Under the pieces are notes generated by a model, which was not told where the DNA came from, ran no database searches, and saw nothing but the letters and a program-made list of their open reading frames with translations. A DNA stretch of 33,766 bases from Bacilli bacterium (GTDB lineage Bacteria; Bacillota_I; Bacilli_A; RFN20; CAG-826), in NCBI GenBank assembly GCA_045111495.1, contig JBGUGI010000067.1, positions 1 to 33,766 of the forward strand, in the 5' to 3' direction. Made by a program: the position numbers and the translations under genes. Below are positions 8,844-19,055 of this stretch, in pieces. The stretch's first letter is position 1. Every line of letters begins with the position of its first letter.

Positions 8844-10937
8844 TTAGTGTTCAGAGAATAATAATTCTTCGTATGTTGGCATTGGCCAATAATGTTTTGG
8901 CATCAATGACTCACACTCATCGACGACTTTTCTAAGTTTCGCCATAGATGGTAATAATGTGTCTTTAATAAAGAAGGCTCTTCTTTCGACATCTTCAATC
9001 TTATTAGCGTCTTCATATTTCACTTCTAACCAATCAACATCATCACTGATCTTGGTTAAGTTTTCGCTTAACTTATTGAGGACGGATACCTGATAGTCAG
9101 TGGAAATGTTCTTAGAAATGGCTTTGATTTCATTAACGTTTCTCGCTAGTTTGCCAACGTATTTGTTAATAGCGGGCATGATGTCTCTTCTTGCCATATG
9201 AATCATTGTCTTAACTTCGATTTCTAAAGACTTGATATAGTTTTCATAGTCTGTTTCTTGTCTAGCTTTGAGTTCTTCTAAACCTAAGACTTTTTCTTGC
9301 TCAAATAACTTGACGTTCTTTTCATCTAATAAGTGGGCTAAAGCATCTGGGGTAGTTGGATAATTGCATAAACCACGTTTTTCCGCTTCTAAGATCCAAG
9401 CATCGTTATAGCCATTACCAGAGAATAAGATACGTTCATGTTTTTTGACGGTATCTTTGACTAAATCATGAATGGCTTTATCTAAATCTTTGGCGCCCTC
9501 TAAAACATCCGCAAATTCTTTCAAGGAATTAGCCACCGCAGTATTAAGGACCATATTGGCATCAGAAACCGCTTTGTTACTACCTGGCATTCTGAATTCA
9601 AACTTATTGCCAGTATAGGCAAATGGAGATGTTCTATTTCTATCAGTGTTGTCTTTATTAATACTTGGTAAGACATCACTACCTAAAAGAATCTTTTCTT
9701 TATGTGATTCATAAGTAAGTTCATCATTAACAATAGCTTTTAAAACTTTAGTTAATTCATCACCTAAGAAAATGGAGATAATAGCTGGTGGGGCTTCATT
9801 TTTACCTAAACGGTGATCGTTAGAGGCTGACGCTACACTGATTCTTAATAAGTCTTGATATTCATCAACCGCTTTAATGATTGCGGCTAAGAAGAGTAAG
9901 AAGACTCTATTTTCAAATGGCGTATCACCAGGATGTAATAAGTTAATACCTGTATCAGTGGATATAGACCAGTTATTGTGTTTACCACTACCATTTACAC
10001 CATCAAATGGTTTTTCATGGAATAAGATAACAAAGTGATGTTTATCCGCAATCTTAGTCATGATTTCCATTACTAATTGGTTTTGATCACACGCTAAGTT
10101 ACATGTTGTATAAATATTAGCGAGTTCGTGTTGGGCAGGTGCCACTTCGTTATGTTCCGTTTTAGCGGAGATACCTAATTTCCAAAGTTCTCTATCCACT
10201 TCTTCCATAAATTGAGCGACACGTGGCTTAATAACACCAAAATAATGGTCATCTAATTCTTGACCCTTTGGTGCGGGAGCGCCGAATAATGTTCTACCGG
10301 TAAGACATAAGTCTAATCTCTTTTCAAATAGACTCTTATCAACAAGGAAGTATTCTTGTTCTGGACCAACATTAGTGACGATATGTTTAACATCATTCAT
10401 CTTCAAAGCCTTGAATACTCTTAAGGCTTCTTTATTTAAAGCATCGATACTTCTAAGTAATGGTGTCTTTTTGTCTAAAGCATGACCACCATAGGAACAG
10501 AACGCTGTTGGAATACATAAGGTATGGTCTTTAATAAAGGCATAACTTGTTGGATCCCAAGCGGTATAGCCTCTGGCTTCAAAAGTACTTCTTAATCCAC
10601 CTGATGGGAAAGAAGAAGCATCTGGTTCACCCTTAATTAATTCTTTACCACTTAACTCTAAAACTGGATTACCACTTTCCACGTTAGTTAAGAAACTTTC
10701 GTGTTTTTCAGCGGTGATACCTGTCAGTGGTTGGAACCAGTGAGTGTAATGGGTAGCCCCATTAGCGATAGCCCAGTCTTTCATGGCTTCTGCAACTTTA
10801 TGGGCTAATGATGGATCTAGTGATTCACCATTTTTAATTGTTTGTTCTAATTTATCAAAAACTTCTTTGCTCAAGGCTTTACGCATAGCGTTTTCATTGA
10901 ACACTAGTTTTCCAAATTCTTCTGGAACGATTTTCAT
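8844..10937 (-). CDS. glnA: Glutamine synthetase type III
   Basis: 697 aa; GATHYTHWFQPLTG, EPDASSFPSGG, HNEVAPAQHE, NGSGKHNNW, DRNRTSPFA, C-terminal WPMPTY. Confidence 0.96.
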   Translation of the reverse strand: MKIVPEEFGKLVFNENAMRKALSKEVFDKLEQTIKNGESLDPSLAHKVAEAMKDWAIANGATHYTHWFQPLTGITAEKHESFLTNVESGNPVLELSGKELIKGEPDASSFPSGGLRSTFEARGYTAWDPTSYAFIKDHTLCIPTAFCSYGGHALDKKTPLLRSIDALNKEALRVFKALKMNDVKHIVTNVGPEQEYFLVDKSLFEKRLDLCLTGRTLFGAPAPKGQELDDHYFGVIKPRVAQFMEEVDRELWKLGISAKTEHNEVAPAQHELANIYTTCNLACDQNQLVMEIMTKIADKHHFVILFHEKPFDGVNGSGKHNNWSISTDTGINLLHPGDTPFENRVFLLFLAAIIKAVDEYQDLLRISVASASNDHRLGKNEAPPAIISIFLGDELTKVLKAIVNDELTYESHKEKILLGSDVLPSINKDNTDRNRTSPFAYTGNKFEFRMPGSNKAVSDANMVLNTAVANSLKEFADVLEGAKDLDKAIHDLVKDTVKKHERILFSGNGYNDAWILEAEKRGLCNYPTTPDALAHLLDEKNVKLFEQEKVLGLEELKARQETDYENYIKSLEIEVKTMIHMARRDIMPAINKYVGKLARNVNEIKAISKNISTDYQVSVLNKLSENLTKISDDVDWLEVKYEDANKIEDVERRAFFIKDTLLPSMAKLRKVVDECESLMPKHYWPMPTYEELLFSEH

Positions 10938-10946
10938 AATATTCTC

Positions 10947-12485
10947 CTATTCATATTCGATAGTCGCTGGTGGCTTACTAGTGATGTCATAGACCACTCG
11001 ATTCACACCTTTGACTTCATTGACTATTCTTCTGCTTGCCTCATCTAATACTCGATAAGGAAGTCTCACATAATTAGCAGTCATAAAGTCGTCTGTACTG
11101 ACAGCGCGTAACGCGATAGCGTATTGATAAGTTCTTTTATCCCCCATCACACCAACGCTTTGCATATTAGTTAACACAGCGAAATATTGACTAATCTTTC
11201 TTTGATATTTGTTTTTAGCGATTACTTCTCTGAAGATATAATCCGCTTCTTTAAGAATTTCTAATTTCTCATCAGTGATATCTCCGATAATACGGACCGC
11301 TAAACCTGGACCTGGAAAAGGTTGTCGGAACACTAATGCTTCATCTATACCCATTTCTAAACCGAGTTCTCTCACTTCGTCTTTAAATAGTTTAGAAAGA
11401 GGTTCAATAATCTTTTTAAATGGTAAGTTTTCTGGTAAACCACCAACGTTATGATGGCTCTTAATGGTATTGCCATTGATCGAACCAGATTCAATGACAT
11501 CTGGATAGATTGTGCCTTGGGCTAAATAATCAATGCCTTTAAGCTCATTAGCGACTTTACTAAAGACATCAATAAATGTTTTACCAATGATATGTCTTTT
11601 CTTTTCTGGTTCTTTAACACCTTCTAAAGCAGACATGAAATCTTTACGAGCGTCGACTTTAATAAAATTAAGGTCGTATTTAGAAAAGCGCTCAACGATT
11701 TCTTCAGTTTCGTTTTTTCTCATAAAGCCATGGTCAACATAAACGCATGTAAGGTTTTTACCAATAGCGTGGCTTAATAAGACTGCGGCGACGGAAGAAT
11801 CAACACCACCAGAAAGGGCTAATAATACTTTCTTATCCCCGACTTCTTTTTTGATTTCTTTGATGGCTTGTTTATAGTAGTCTTTCATTGACCAATCACC
11901 TTTCGCGTGACAAACACGTTCAAGGAAAGCTTTAATCATTTCTTTACCACATTGTGTATGTTCCACTTCTGGGTGAAACTGGACACCATAGAAGTTCTTT
12001 TCTTCATTATAGATAGCAGCGTACTCACAGTTTTTCGTGGTGGCACTCACTTTAAAACCACTAGGAATCTTTTCGACATGGTCACCATGACTCATCCAAG
12101 CGACACTTCTATTTGGTAAACGTTTAAATATGGGGCAGTGTGTGTCGAAGTGAGCCACTGCTTTACCATATTCTCTGCCCTTATCATCTTGAGCGGGAGT
12201 AACCTTACCACCAAGTAAAGTGACCATTAATTGCATGCCATAACAAATACCTAAAACAGGAATGCCTAATTCAAAGATCGAAGGATCAATTTTAGGGGAG
12301 TTTTCTAAATAGACACTACTAGGACCACCAGAAAGAACAATGCCTATTGGATTCTTACCCTGAATGAAAGTTGTCGAAGTAGTCCAAGGCAATACCTCGC
12401 AATAGACATTGTTCTCTCTAATCCTACGCGCGATGACTTCTGAATACTGCGCACCGAAGTCAATAACTAAAACAGTCTCATGCAT
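10947..12485 (-). CDS. guaA: GMP synthase (glutamine-hydrolysing)
   Basis: PVLGICYGMQ, QFHPEV, LSGGVDSS, IKSHHNVGGLP, ITSKPPATIEYE. Confidence 0.98.
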   Translation of the reverse strand: MHETVLVIDFGAQYSEVIARRIRENNVYCEVLPWTTSTTFIQGKNPIGIVLSGGPSSVYLENSPKIDPSIFELGIPVLGICYGMQLMVTLLGGKVTPAQDDKGREYGKAVAHFDTHCPIFKRLPNRSVAWMSHGDHVEKIPSGFKVSATTKNCEYAAIYNEEKNFYGVQFHPEVEHTQCGKEMIKAFLERVCHAKGDWSMKDYYKQAIKEIKKEVGDKKVLLALSGGVDSSVAAVLLSHAIGKNLTCVYVDHGFMRKNETEEIVERFSKYDLNFIKVDARKDFMSALEGVKEPEKKRHIIGKTFIDVFSKVANELKGIDYLAQGTIYPDVIESGSINGNTIKSHHNVGGLPENLPFKKIIEPLSKLFKDEVRELGLEMGIDEALVFRQPFPGPGLAVRIIGDITDEKLEILKEADYIFREVIAKNKYQRKISQYFAVLTNMQSVGVMGDKRTYQYAIALRAVSTDDFMTANYVRLPYRVLDEASRRIVNEVKGVNRVVYDITSKPPATIEYE

Positions 12486-12487
12486 AA

Positions 12488-14089
12488 TTATTTGCCTTCT
12501 TTCTTATCAAGCGCGTTAGAGATTAAACCCACGAACAATGGGTGTGGTTTTGTTGGTCTTGATTTAAATTCTGGATGGAATTGTGAACCAATATGATATT
12601 TATTAGCGGGAGCTTCCACGATTTCTACGAGTGACTTATTTGGAGATAAACCACTGAGTCTTAAGCCCTTAGCGATAAAGTCTTGACGGTAGATATTGTT
12701 AAACTCATATCTATGTCTATGACGTTCATTAATCATGTCTTTGTTATAGAGGGATTTCGCTAAAGAATCTTTTTGTAATGAGCATGGATAACTACCAAGT
12801 CTCATGGTGGCCCCTTTAGCGACTATATTAACTTGTTCAGGTAATAAGGCGATAACTGGGTGAGTGGTATTTTCATCAAATTCACTACTATTAGCATCTT
12901 TATAGCCTAAGACACTTCTAGCGTATTCAATGACCATCACTTGCATGCCTAAACAAATACCTAAGCAAGGGATATTGTTTTCTCTAGCGTATTTAGCGGA
13001 TTCCACCATCCCTTCAATGCCACGTGTACCAAAGCCACCTGGGATGATGACACCATCCGCTTCTTTTAATGTCTCTTTAACATTCTTTTCTGTAATCTTT
13101 TCACTATCAATCCAAAGGATTTCCGCTTTAGCGTCTAATGCACTAGCGGCGTGGAAGATTGATTCTTCAACGCTTAAATAAGCATCATGTAATTGGGTAT
13201 ATTTACCCACTAAAGCGATTTTAACTTTCTTATGAGCGCCTTTGATTTTGTCAACCATCGCTGTCCACTTTTCTAAGTCTGGTTTAGTAATTGGTAAATG
13301 TAACTTTTCACAAACGATATCAGTTAAACCTTCGTTTTCTAATAGAAGCGGCACTTCATAGATACTAGAAGCTGTTAAGTTTTCAATAATCGCTCTTTTA
13401 TCGATATCACATAATAAAGCAATCTTATCTTTGATTTCTTGAGTTAATGGTTGTGTGCTTCTACAAACAAGAACATCTGGTTGAATACCTAAAGAGTTAA
13501 GTTCTCGTACACTATGTTGGACTGGTTTACTCTTAAGTTCACCACTACCAGGTATTTCAACGATTAATGGGACGTGGATATAGATAACGTTATCTCTACC
13601 TTTATCTTGACCGACTTGTCTAATAGCTTCTAAGAATGGTAAAGATTCAATATCACCAACCGTACCACCGATTTCGCAAATAGCGATATCAATGTTTTGT
13701 TGTTCAGAGATATAAATCCATCTTTTGATTTCATCAATGACATCAGGGATGATTTGGACTGTTCTACCGAGGTAGCCACCTGTTCTTTCTCTATTGATAA
13801 CATTCCAGTAGACCTTGCCAGAAGATACTGAACAAGAAGCATCTAAAGGCACATTAGTGAATCTTTCATAGTGACCTAAATCTAAGTCTGTTTCCGCTCC
13901 ATCATCAGTGACAAATACTTCACCATGTTGATAAGGAGACATAGTACCTGGGTCAACATTTAAATAAGGATCAAACTTTTGATTCTTAACACTATATCCT
14001 CTTTGCTTTAACAAACGGGCTAAAGAAGCAGCGCAGATGCCCTTACCTAATCCTGAAACAACGCCACCAGTAACAAATATGTATTTCAT
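12488..14089 (-). CDS. pyrG: CTP synthase
   Basis: [59 protein letters not shown]. Confidence 0.98.
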   Translation of the reverse strand: MKYIFVTGGVVSGLGKGICAASLARLLKQRGYSVKNQKFDPYLNVDPGTMSPYQHGEVFVTDDGAETDLDLGHYERFTNVPLDASCSVSSGKVYWNVINRERTGGYLGRTVQIIPDVIDEIKRWIYISEQQNIDIAICEIGGTVGDIESLPFLEAIRQVGQDKGRDNVIYIHVPLIVEIPGSGELKSKPVQHSVRELNSLGIQPDVLVCRSTQPLTQEIKDKIALLCDIDKRAIIENLTASSIYEVPLLLENEGLTDIVCEKLHLPITKPDLEKWTAMVDKIKGAHKKVKIALVGKYTQLHDAYLSVEESIFHAASALDAKAEILWIDSEKITEKNVKETLKEADGVIIPGGFGTRGIEGMVESAKYARENNIPCLGICLGMQVMVIEYARSVLGYKDANSSEFDENTTHPVIALLPEQVNIVAKGATMRLGSYPCSLQKDSLAKSLYNKDMINERHRHRYEFNNIYRQDFIAKGLRLSGLSPNKSLVEIVEAPANKYHIGSQFHPEFKSRPTKPHPLFVGLISNALDKKEGK

Positions 14090-14141
14090 AATTCGACAAC
14101 CAACTATGGCGATATACTATCATGTGAATAATAAAACAATA

Positions 14142-14182
14142 AAATACATATAACATTATGGTTATCATATCTTTTTTGTATG
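14142..14182. promoter_or_regulatory. LysR-type operator, copy 1 (upstream of the pyrG operon)
   Basis: aaatacatataacattatggttatcATATcttttttGTATg; 32/41 identical to 15456-15496; contains a near-match to the ATAC-N7-GTAT LysR box. Confidence 0.7.
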
Positions 14183-14218
14183 TTATGTTTTCTTTACCAG
14201 ATATCAAAAGAAAAAGCT

Positions 14219-15403
14219 TTATTTTTTATAATAATCGTATAGTTTTTTAAACGCAGGTAATGAATTTACAATCTGTTTATAAGATACACAATAGGCAATT
14301 CGTATATATCCTTTATAGCTAAATGGATCACTTGGTACGAGAAGTAATTCAAACTTTTTAGCGGTTTCACTAAAAGCTTCGGCGTCTTCCTCTAACGCTT
14401 TCATAAATAAATAGAAAGCTCCTGTTGGATAGATGACATCATAACCAATTTCTTTTAAAGCGTTATATAAAGTATCTTTATTCTTTTTATATTTTTCTAG
14501 ATTAGATGTATGCCCTAGTACATAAGGCACCATATGTTGAAATAAAGCGGGTGCGCATATATAGCCAAGCATCGAAGCCGCTCCACAGATAACTGCGTAG
14601 ACATCTTCGACATCTTCACATTTAGGATTCACTAAGATGTAACCGATTCTTTCACCAGGAAGAGATAAGGATTTAGAGAATGAGTAACAAACTATAGAGT
14701 TACAATAGTAATTAGTAACAAAAGGATATTTTTCATTACCATATAGTAATTCTCTATATGGTTCATCACTTACTAAGTATATTGGATGACCATATTCTTT
14801 TTCTTTCTTTGAAAGAATAGCGCTCATCTTCTTAATTGTTTCTTCAGTATAAAACGCTCCTGTAGGATTATTAGGGCTATCATAGATTACTATTTTAGTT
14901 TTGTTAGTTATTTTATTTTCTAAATCAATGAAATCAGGAAGGAAATCCGGATCAGGATTAACGGTGACTAGTTTGCCGCCTACTGCTTCTGTATATGTGC
15001 GATATTCAGGAAAATGTGGCGCGAATACTATCACTTCTTCATTAGGGAACACTAATGCTTTAGTGACTATTGCTAAAGAAGCGGCGGCACCACAGGTAAG
15101 GAAGATATATTTACCAATAACTGCAGTGTTATATGTTTTATTTAAATAAGTAGCGATACTTTCTCTTACATCAATGTTACCAGGAGAAACTGTGTAACCG
15201 TGTATCTTCACGGAATCTTCTTCGCTTAATAATTTAATGAGTGTTTCATTAACAATACTAGGTGCAGGAATAGAGGGATTGCCAATACTAAAATCATAGA
15301 CATTATCGTCCCCTATTATTTTCTTTCTAGCGAGACCATATGTATATAAGTCTCTAATCGTGGATTGGCTATAACCAATGTCTAGCATTTTCTTATCGAA
15401 CAT
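14219..15403 (-). CDS. PLP-dependent class I/II aminotransferase (aspartate aminotransferase-like)
   Basis: DFSIGNP, SPNNPTG, SDEPYREL, PLP-lysine motif SFSKSLSLPGERIGY. Confidence 0.9.
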   Translation of the reverse strand: MFDKKMLDIGYSQSTIRDLYTYGLARKKIIGDDNVYDFSIGNPSIPAPSIVNETLIKLLSEEDSVKIHGYTVSPGNIDVRESIATYLNKTYNTAVIGKYIFLTCGAAASLAIVTKALVFPNEEVIVFAPHFPEYRTYTEAVGGKLVTVNPDPDFLPDFIDLENKITNKTKIVIYDSPNNPTGAFYTEETIKKMSAILSKKEKEYGHPIYLVSDEPYRELLYGNEKYPFVTNYYCNSIVCYSFSKSLSLPGERIGYILVNPKCEDVEDVYAVICGAASMLGYICAPALFQHMVPYVLGHTSNLEKYKKNKDTLYNALKEIGYDVIYPTGAFYLFMKALEEDAEAFSETAKKFELLLVPSDPFSYKGYIRIAYCVSYKQIVNSLPAFKKLYDYYKK

Positions 15404-15455
15404 ATGTAAACATTCCTTTATAGAAAAACACTATCACATTGAAATAAGTATAAAT

Positions 15456-15496
15456 AAATACATATAATGAAATGGTTGTTATACATTTTTCGTATG
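15456..15496. promoter_or_regulatory. LysR-type operator, copy 2 (between the aminotransferase and lysR)
   Basis: Perfect ATAC-atttttc-GTAT (15481-15495) in the divergent promoter region just upstream of the LysR gene. Confidence 0.75.
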
Positions 15497-15510
15497 ATAG
15501 GAGATCATTT

Positions 15511-16392
15511 ATGGATTTAAAGACATTAAGATATTTCGTCGTTGTGGCTGAAGAATTAAATATCACTAGAGCTAGTAAGATTTTAATGATGAGTCAACCA
15601 CCTCTATCTAACCAAATTAAAAATTTGGAAGAAGAATTAAATACTACTTTGTTTATTAGAGGTAAAAGACATTTAGAGTTAACTGATGAAGGTCGATATT
15701 TATATCAAAAAGCTAAAGATATTCTTTTATTAAACGATAAGACCATTAATGAAATCTTATTAATGAATAAAGGTTTAAGTGGCACGATTGGTATTGGTCT
15801 AGTTGAAGGTACCGCTCCTGATATTGCTGCAGAATGGATTTCTGAATTCTTAAACATGCATCCACATGTAAAGTTTAGAATCCTAGATGGTAATAGCGAT
15901 GATCTTATAGACAAAATGAGAGCGGGTTTAATCTCGCTTGCCGTTATTACTTCTCCATATGATCAAATACTTTTAAATAGTTTTAAAGTTGGTGAAGAAA
16001 AGATGGTCGCCTTAATGAATAAAGACCATCCATTAGCGAAATCCCCTCATGAGAAAATCACTATCGAACAATTAAAAGATGAAAAGATTATTGTTCCTAG
16101 TAGAAAAATACATGTCGACGCAATTGTTAAATGGTTTAAAAAAGACCACTTCGAACCAAATATCGTTTGTGAGATGGATAACTACTTAGACGCCGCTGCT
16201 ATGGCGGGTCGTGGTGTTGGTATTTCCATCTTCCCTAAGACAGCTTATATTATGAATAACTCCTTAATCTCAAAAGAGATTGAAGGTGAAGAGAAAAAAG
16301 TCGATTACCTCTTCGTCTGGCGTAAGGGTCATCAACTCTCTACACTAGAAGAAAACTTCATCGACTTTATTAAAAATAAGTATAGCAAGTAA
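15511..16392 (+). CDS. LysR-family transcriptional regulator
   Basis: MDLKTLRYFVVVAEELNITRASKILMMSQPPLSNQIKNLEEEL HTH. Start moved from 15472 to ATG 15511, which has an AGGAGA Shine-Dalgarno. Confidence 0.95.
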   Translation: MDLKTLRYFVVVAEELNITRASKILMMSQPPLSNQIKNLEEELNTTLFIRGKRHLELTDEGRYLYQKAKDILLLNDKTINEILLMNKGLSGTIGIGLVEGTAPDIAAEWISEFLNMHPHVKFRILDGNSDDLIDKMRAGLISLAVITSPYDQILLNSFKVGEEKMVALMNKDHPLAKSPHEKITIEQLKDEKIIVPSRKIHVDAIVKWFKKDHFEPNIVCEMDNYLDAAAMAGRGVGISIFPKTAYIMNNSLISKEIEGEEKKVDYLFVWRKGHQLSTLEENFIDFIKNKYSK

Positions 16393-16397
16393 AAATA

Positions 16398-16406
16398 TGA
16401 TATAAT
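16398..16406 (+). promoter_or_regulatory. Extended -10 promoter for the putative sRNA
   Basis: TG-a-TATAAT, a perfect extended -10 consensus, a few nt before the structured RNA candidate. Confidence 0.6.
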
Positions 16407-16408
16407 TA

Positions 16409-16503
16409 ATTCGTCGAAGGTGGAGAATCAGTGCACGACCACGACGCACCTAGCAATAGGTGGGTACGGTGTTCCAGGATGGTAACTGCCCTGGTCGACG
16501 AAT
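16409..16503 (+). ncRNA. Putative small structured RNA, family not recognised
   Basis: GC-rich island in AT-rich DNA. 9-bp closing stem ATTCGTCGA/TCGACGAAT encloses three hairpins: GTGG..CCAC, CACCTA-GCAA-TAGGTG, CCAGG..GTAA..CCTGG. Flanked by a promoter and a terminator. Confidence 0.6.
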
Positions 16504-16504
16504 G

Positions 16505-16533
16505 AAAAACGTTCCCAAATTAGGAACGTTTTT
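16505..16533. terminator. Bidirectional terminator between the sRNA/lysR and the convergent aminotransferase
   Basis: AAAAACGTTCC-caaatta-GGAACGTTTTT, 11-bp perfect inverted repeat. Confidence 0.85.
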
Positions 16534-17746
16534 ATTTTTTATTAGCTAATAGCTTAATAACTAGGCACAACACCCTAGTAGCGGTCTCTAACTCTTTTAA
16601 AGAGACAAATGTTGGGGCAATTCTAATATGCGAGTTATCTGGATCTTTACCATATGGGTAAGCGCTTCCCGCAGCGGTCAATGTCACCCCTAGTTCTTTA
16701 CATTTAGCCACCACTTCTTTAGCGATGCCTGGAACATATAAGGAGATGAAGTAACCACCGGTTGGCTTAGTAAACGTAGCGATACCTTTTAGTTCTTCTT
16801 CGAAGATGTTTAATACTGTTTCAAACTTTGGTTTTAAGATAGCAGCGTGTTTCTTCATATGTTTGATAATCGTTGGTTTATCTTTTAAGAATTCTGCATG
16901 TCTTAATTGATTTAATTTATCAAAACAAATGGTTTGATATTGTAAGTAATCTAAATAGTCTTTCTTATTATTAAGAGAGAAACCCACCGCGGAAACACCA
17001 CTACCTGGGAATGTCATCTTAGAAGTAGAAGCAAAGATATACACTAAATCTTCAGTGCCATTTTTTAAACATTCATCATAAATATTAAGTACTGGTTCTT
17101 CTTCCCCGTTAAAAGATAGTTGAGATGTATATGTGTTATCCCAATAAATTCTAAAGTCTTTAGAAGCTGGTTTAAGTTTAGCGAATCTTCTAATAACTTT
17201 ATCACTATAGATAATACCTGTTGGATTAGAATACTTAGGAACACACCAAATACCTTTAACTGTTGGATCTTTAATATACTCCTCAATCATATCCATATCT
17301 GGACCATTATCATCCATTGGGATATTAATCATTTCAAAACCAAAATATTCAGTCATGGCGAAATGTCTATCATATCCTGGAACAGGACATAACCATTTAA
17401 GCTTTTCTTGTTTAGAGAATGGAATACCACCTTCAACACCGACGAGCATAGACTTCACTAATAAGTTATGCATGATGTTTAAGGAAGAAGCACCACAGAC
17501 AACAGTGTTCTCCACAGGGATTTCCATAATCTCAGCGAATAACTTTTTGGCTTCTGGGATGCCTTCTAAAGCACTATAGTTACGGCAATCAATATCTTCA
17601 TCAAAGCATTTAGTCTTTGAATTAACAATATCAAGCATAGGTAAAGATAAATCTAATTGCTCAGGAGAAGGTTTACCTCTCGCCATATTAATGTTTAGAT
17701 TTAATGATTTGTAATATTCGTATTGTTTTAATAAATCTTCACTCAT
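16532..17746 (-). CDS. PLP-dependent aminotransferase (Corynebacterium AspAT / Rv3722c-like subgroup)
   Basis: LNINMARGKPSPEQLDLS, CPVPGYDRHF, WCVPKYSNPTG, YWDNTY, FASTSKMTFPG, PYGKDPDNSHIRIAPT. Confidence 0.88.
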   Translation of the reverse strand: MSEDLLKQYEYYKSLNLNINMARGKPSPEQLDLSLPMLDIVNSKTKCFDEDIDCRNYSALEGIPEAKKLFAEIMEIPVENTVVCGASSLNIMHNLLVKSMLVGVEGGIPFSKQEKLKWLCPVPGYDRHFAMTEYFGFEMINIPMDDNGPDMDMIEEYIKDPTVKGIWCVPKYSNPTGIIYSDKVIRRFAKLKPASKDFRIYWDNTYTSQLSFNGEEEPVLNIYDECLKNGTEDLVYIFASTSKMTFPGSGVSAVGFSLNNKKDYLDYLQYQTICFDKLNQLRHAEFLKDKPTIIKHMKKHAAILKPKFETVLNIFEEELKGIATFTKPTGGYFISLYVPGIAKEVVAKCKELGVTLTAAGSAYPYGKDPDNSHIRIAPTFVSLKELETATRVLCLVIKLLANKK

Positions 17747-17806
17747 ATGCGTATAAGTTTAGCACGTGTCAATTATTCTTGTATTGTTTTTTATTTTAAA
17801 GACATG

Positions 17807-17840
17807 AAAAAAGGTGCCTTATTCTATAAAGACACCGATT
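17807..17840 (-). terminator. Terminator after the SPFH-protease-TIR-lipoprotein operon
   Basis: Minus strand GGTGTCTT...AAGGCACC followed by TTTTTT. Confidence 0.75.
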
Positions 17841-17858
17841 TTTAAAAAGTGATAGTTT

Positions 17859-19055
17859 CTATTTGGTGATTAATTTTCCCTTGCCTCCACCTGTGCCACC
17901 TTCACCAGGAGTAGGTTCATCAAGCTTATAGAAACTTGGTTTGTATTTTTTATATGCAACATCAGTTAAATAGCTAAAAGCATAAGCGTCACCACCATAA
18001 GCATTTAAACCACCTTTTCCACCATTACCACCTTTTATACCAATTGAAGATGAATATGTTGTTAACACTTTAACGTTTTTATTGAAAGGTAGTTGACCAT
18101 GACCACCACGTGTATACTTAATACCTTCACCACCATTACCACCTATCGCTTTAATATAAGCTGAATCAGAGGTAGCGCAATTAATTATCTTGTTAGCGGA
18201 AATAGCGTATCCAGCAACAGCATCTTCATATTTACTATTGAAAGAAGAACTACTACCACCAGTAATTGTTAATGATCCATTACCATCATAGAAACAAACG
18301 TTTGGTAGGTTTATAGCGTTGCTAGCTGAATATGTATATGATGTTGAATCTCCACCAGTAATAGAGTTATATCCTTCAAACCTGAAGACGAATGTAACAT
18401 CCTTATTTGTGCCACCATAGTCAATTGCTGGCAAAGTAGAAGAAGATGACTTAAACTCAGTATTATTTAAACTTATTCTAACCACATCGCCACTTGGTCT
18501 TTCATCAAATTTAAATGCCAACAAAATGGTGCCTGAGCCAGCAAAGTGACCTAATTCAAGATGAGTAACACTAGCAGGAATATTAACAACGCCCGATCTG
18601 GAATAGTTTGAAACATTATTATAATTAAGTGAAAGTGTTTCTGAAGAAGAAGCGGTAAAAGTTGGTGCTTTTGTTGGTAAGGTAATGATCTTTGATTTAC
18701 AAACTGTTGTTTTTTCGTGCTTTTCATTGTACTTATATCCAACGATTTGAATCCTCTTACCAAGTAAAGATGAGTCATATGTAAATCCACAATTAGTAAA
18801 CGTCTGGAGAACCGTTGGTTCTGACTTTTTAGAACTCGATGAGGTAGAAGATTCATCAGGATGGACATATACGTCATATGAGGTACACTCCTCATTTCTT
18901 TCCCAAACAATCTTGTCTAAAATTTGATTTACTTCAAGGCTGTTTGAGATTGAGAAATTAAAGTTAATACCTGTGAATTCATTAAATGGATTATAGGAAC
19001 ATGCTGATAGACTAATAGCGGCAAGCGCTAAGAACACTAATGATTTTTTTCTCAT
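17859..19055 (-). CDS. Lipoprotein with Ser-rich linker and Gly-rich (GGxGG) C-terminal repeats; function unknown
   Basis: Signal peptide MRKKSLVFLALAAISLSAC with lipobox LSAC; GGNGGEG, GGNGGKGG, GEGGTGGGKG repeats. ATGA overlap with the upstream TIR gene. Confidence 0.75.
   Translation of the reverse strand: MRKKSLVFLALAAISLSACSYNPFNEFTGINFNFSISNSLEVNQILDKIVWERNEECTSYDVYVHPDESSTSSSSKKSEPTVLQTFTNCGFTYDSSLLGKRIQIVGYKYNEKHEKTTVCKSKIITLPTKAPTFTASSSETLSLNYNNVSNYSRSGVVNIPASVTHLELGHFAGSGTILLAFKFDERPSGDVVRISLNNTEFKSSSSTLPAIDYGGTNKDVTFVFRFEGYNSITGGDSTSYTYSASNAINLPNVCFYDGNGSLTITGGSSSSFNSKYEDAVAGYAISANKIINCATSDSAYIKAIGGNGGEGIKYTRGGHGQLPFNKNVKVLTTYSSSIGIKGGNGGKGGLNAYGGDAYAFSYLTDVAYKKYKPSFYKLDEPTPGEGGTGGGKGKLITK

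Noticed and set aside
15472-15510. Upstream start for the LysR gene
   Set aside because: It overlaps the operator and lacks an SD; ATG 15511 has AGGAGA and gives the canonical LysR N-terminus.
16409-16503. tRNA, SRP RNA or riboswitch call for the cloverleaf
   Set aside because: No GTTCRA T-loop, 7-nt anticodon loop or CCA; no SRP core motif; no downstream gene to regulate.
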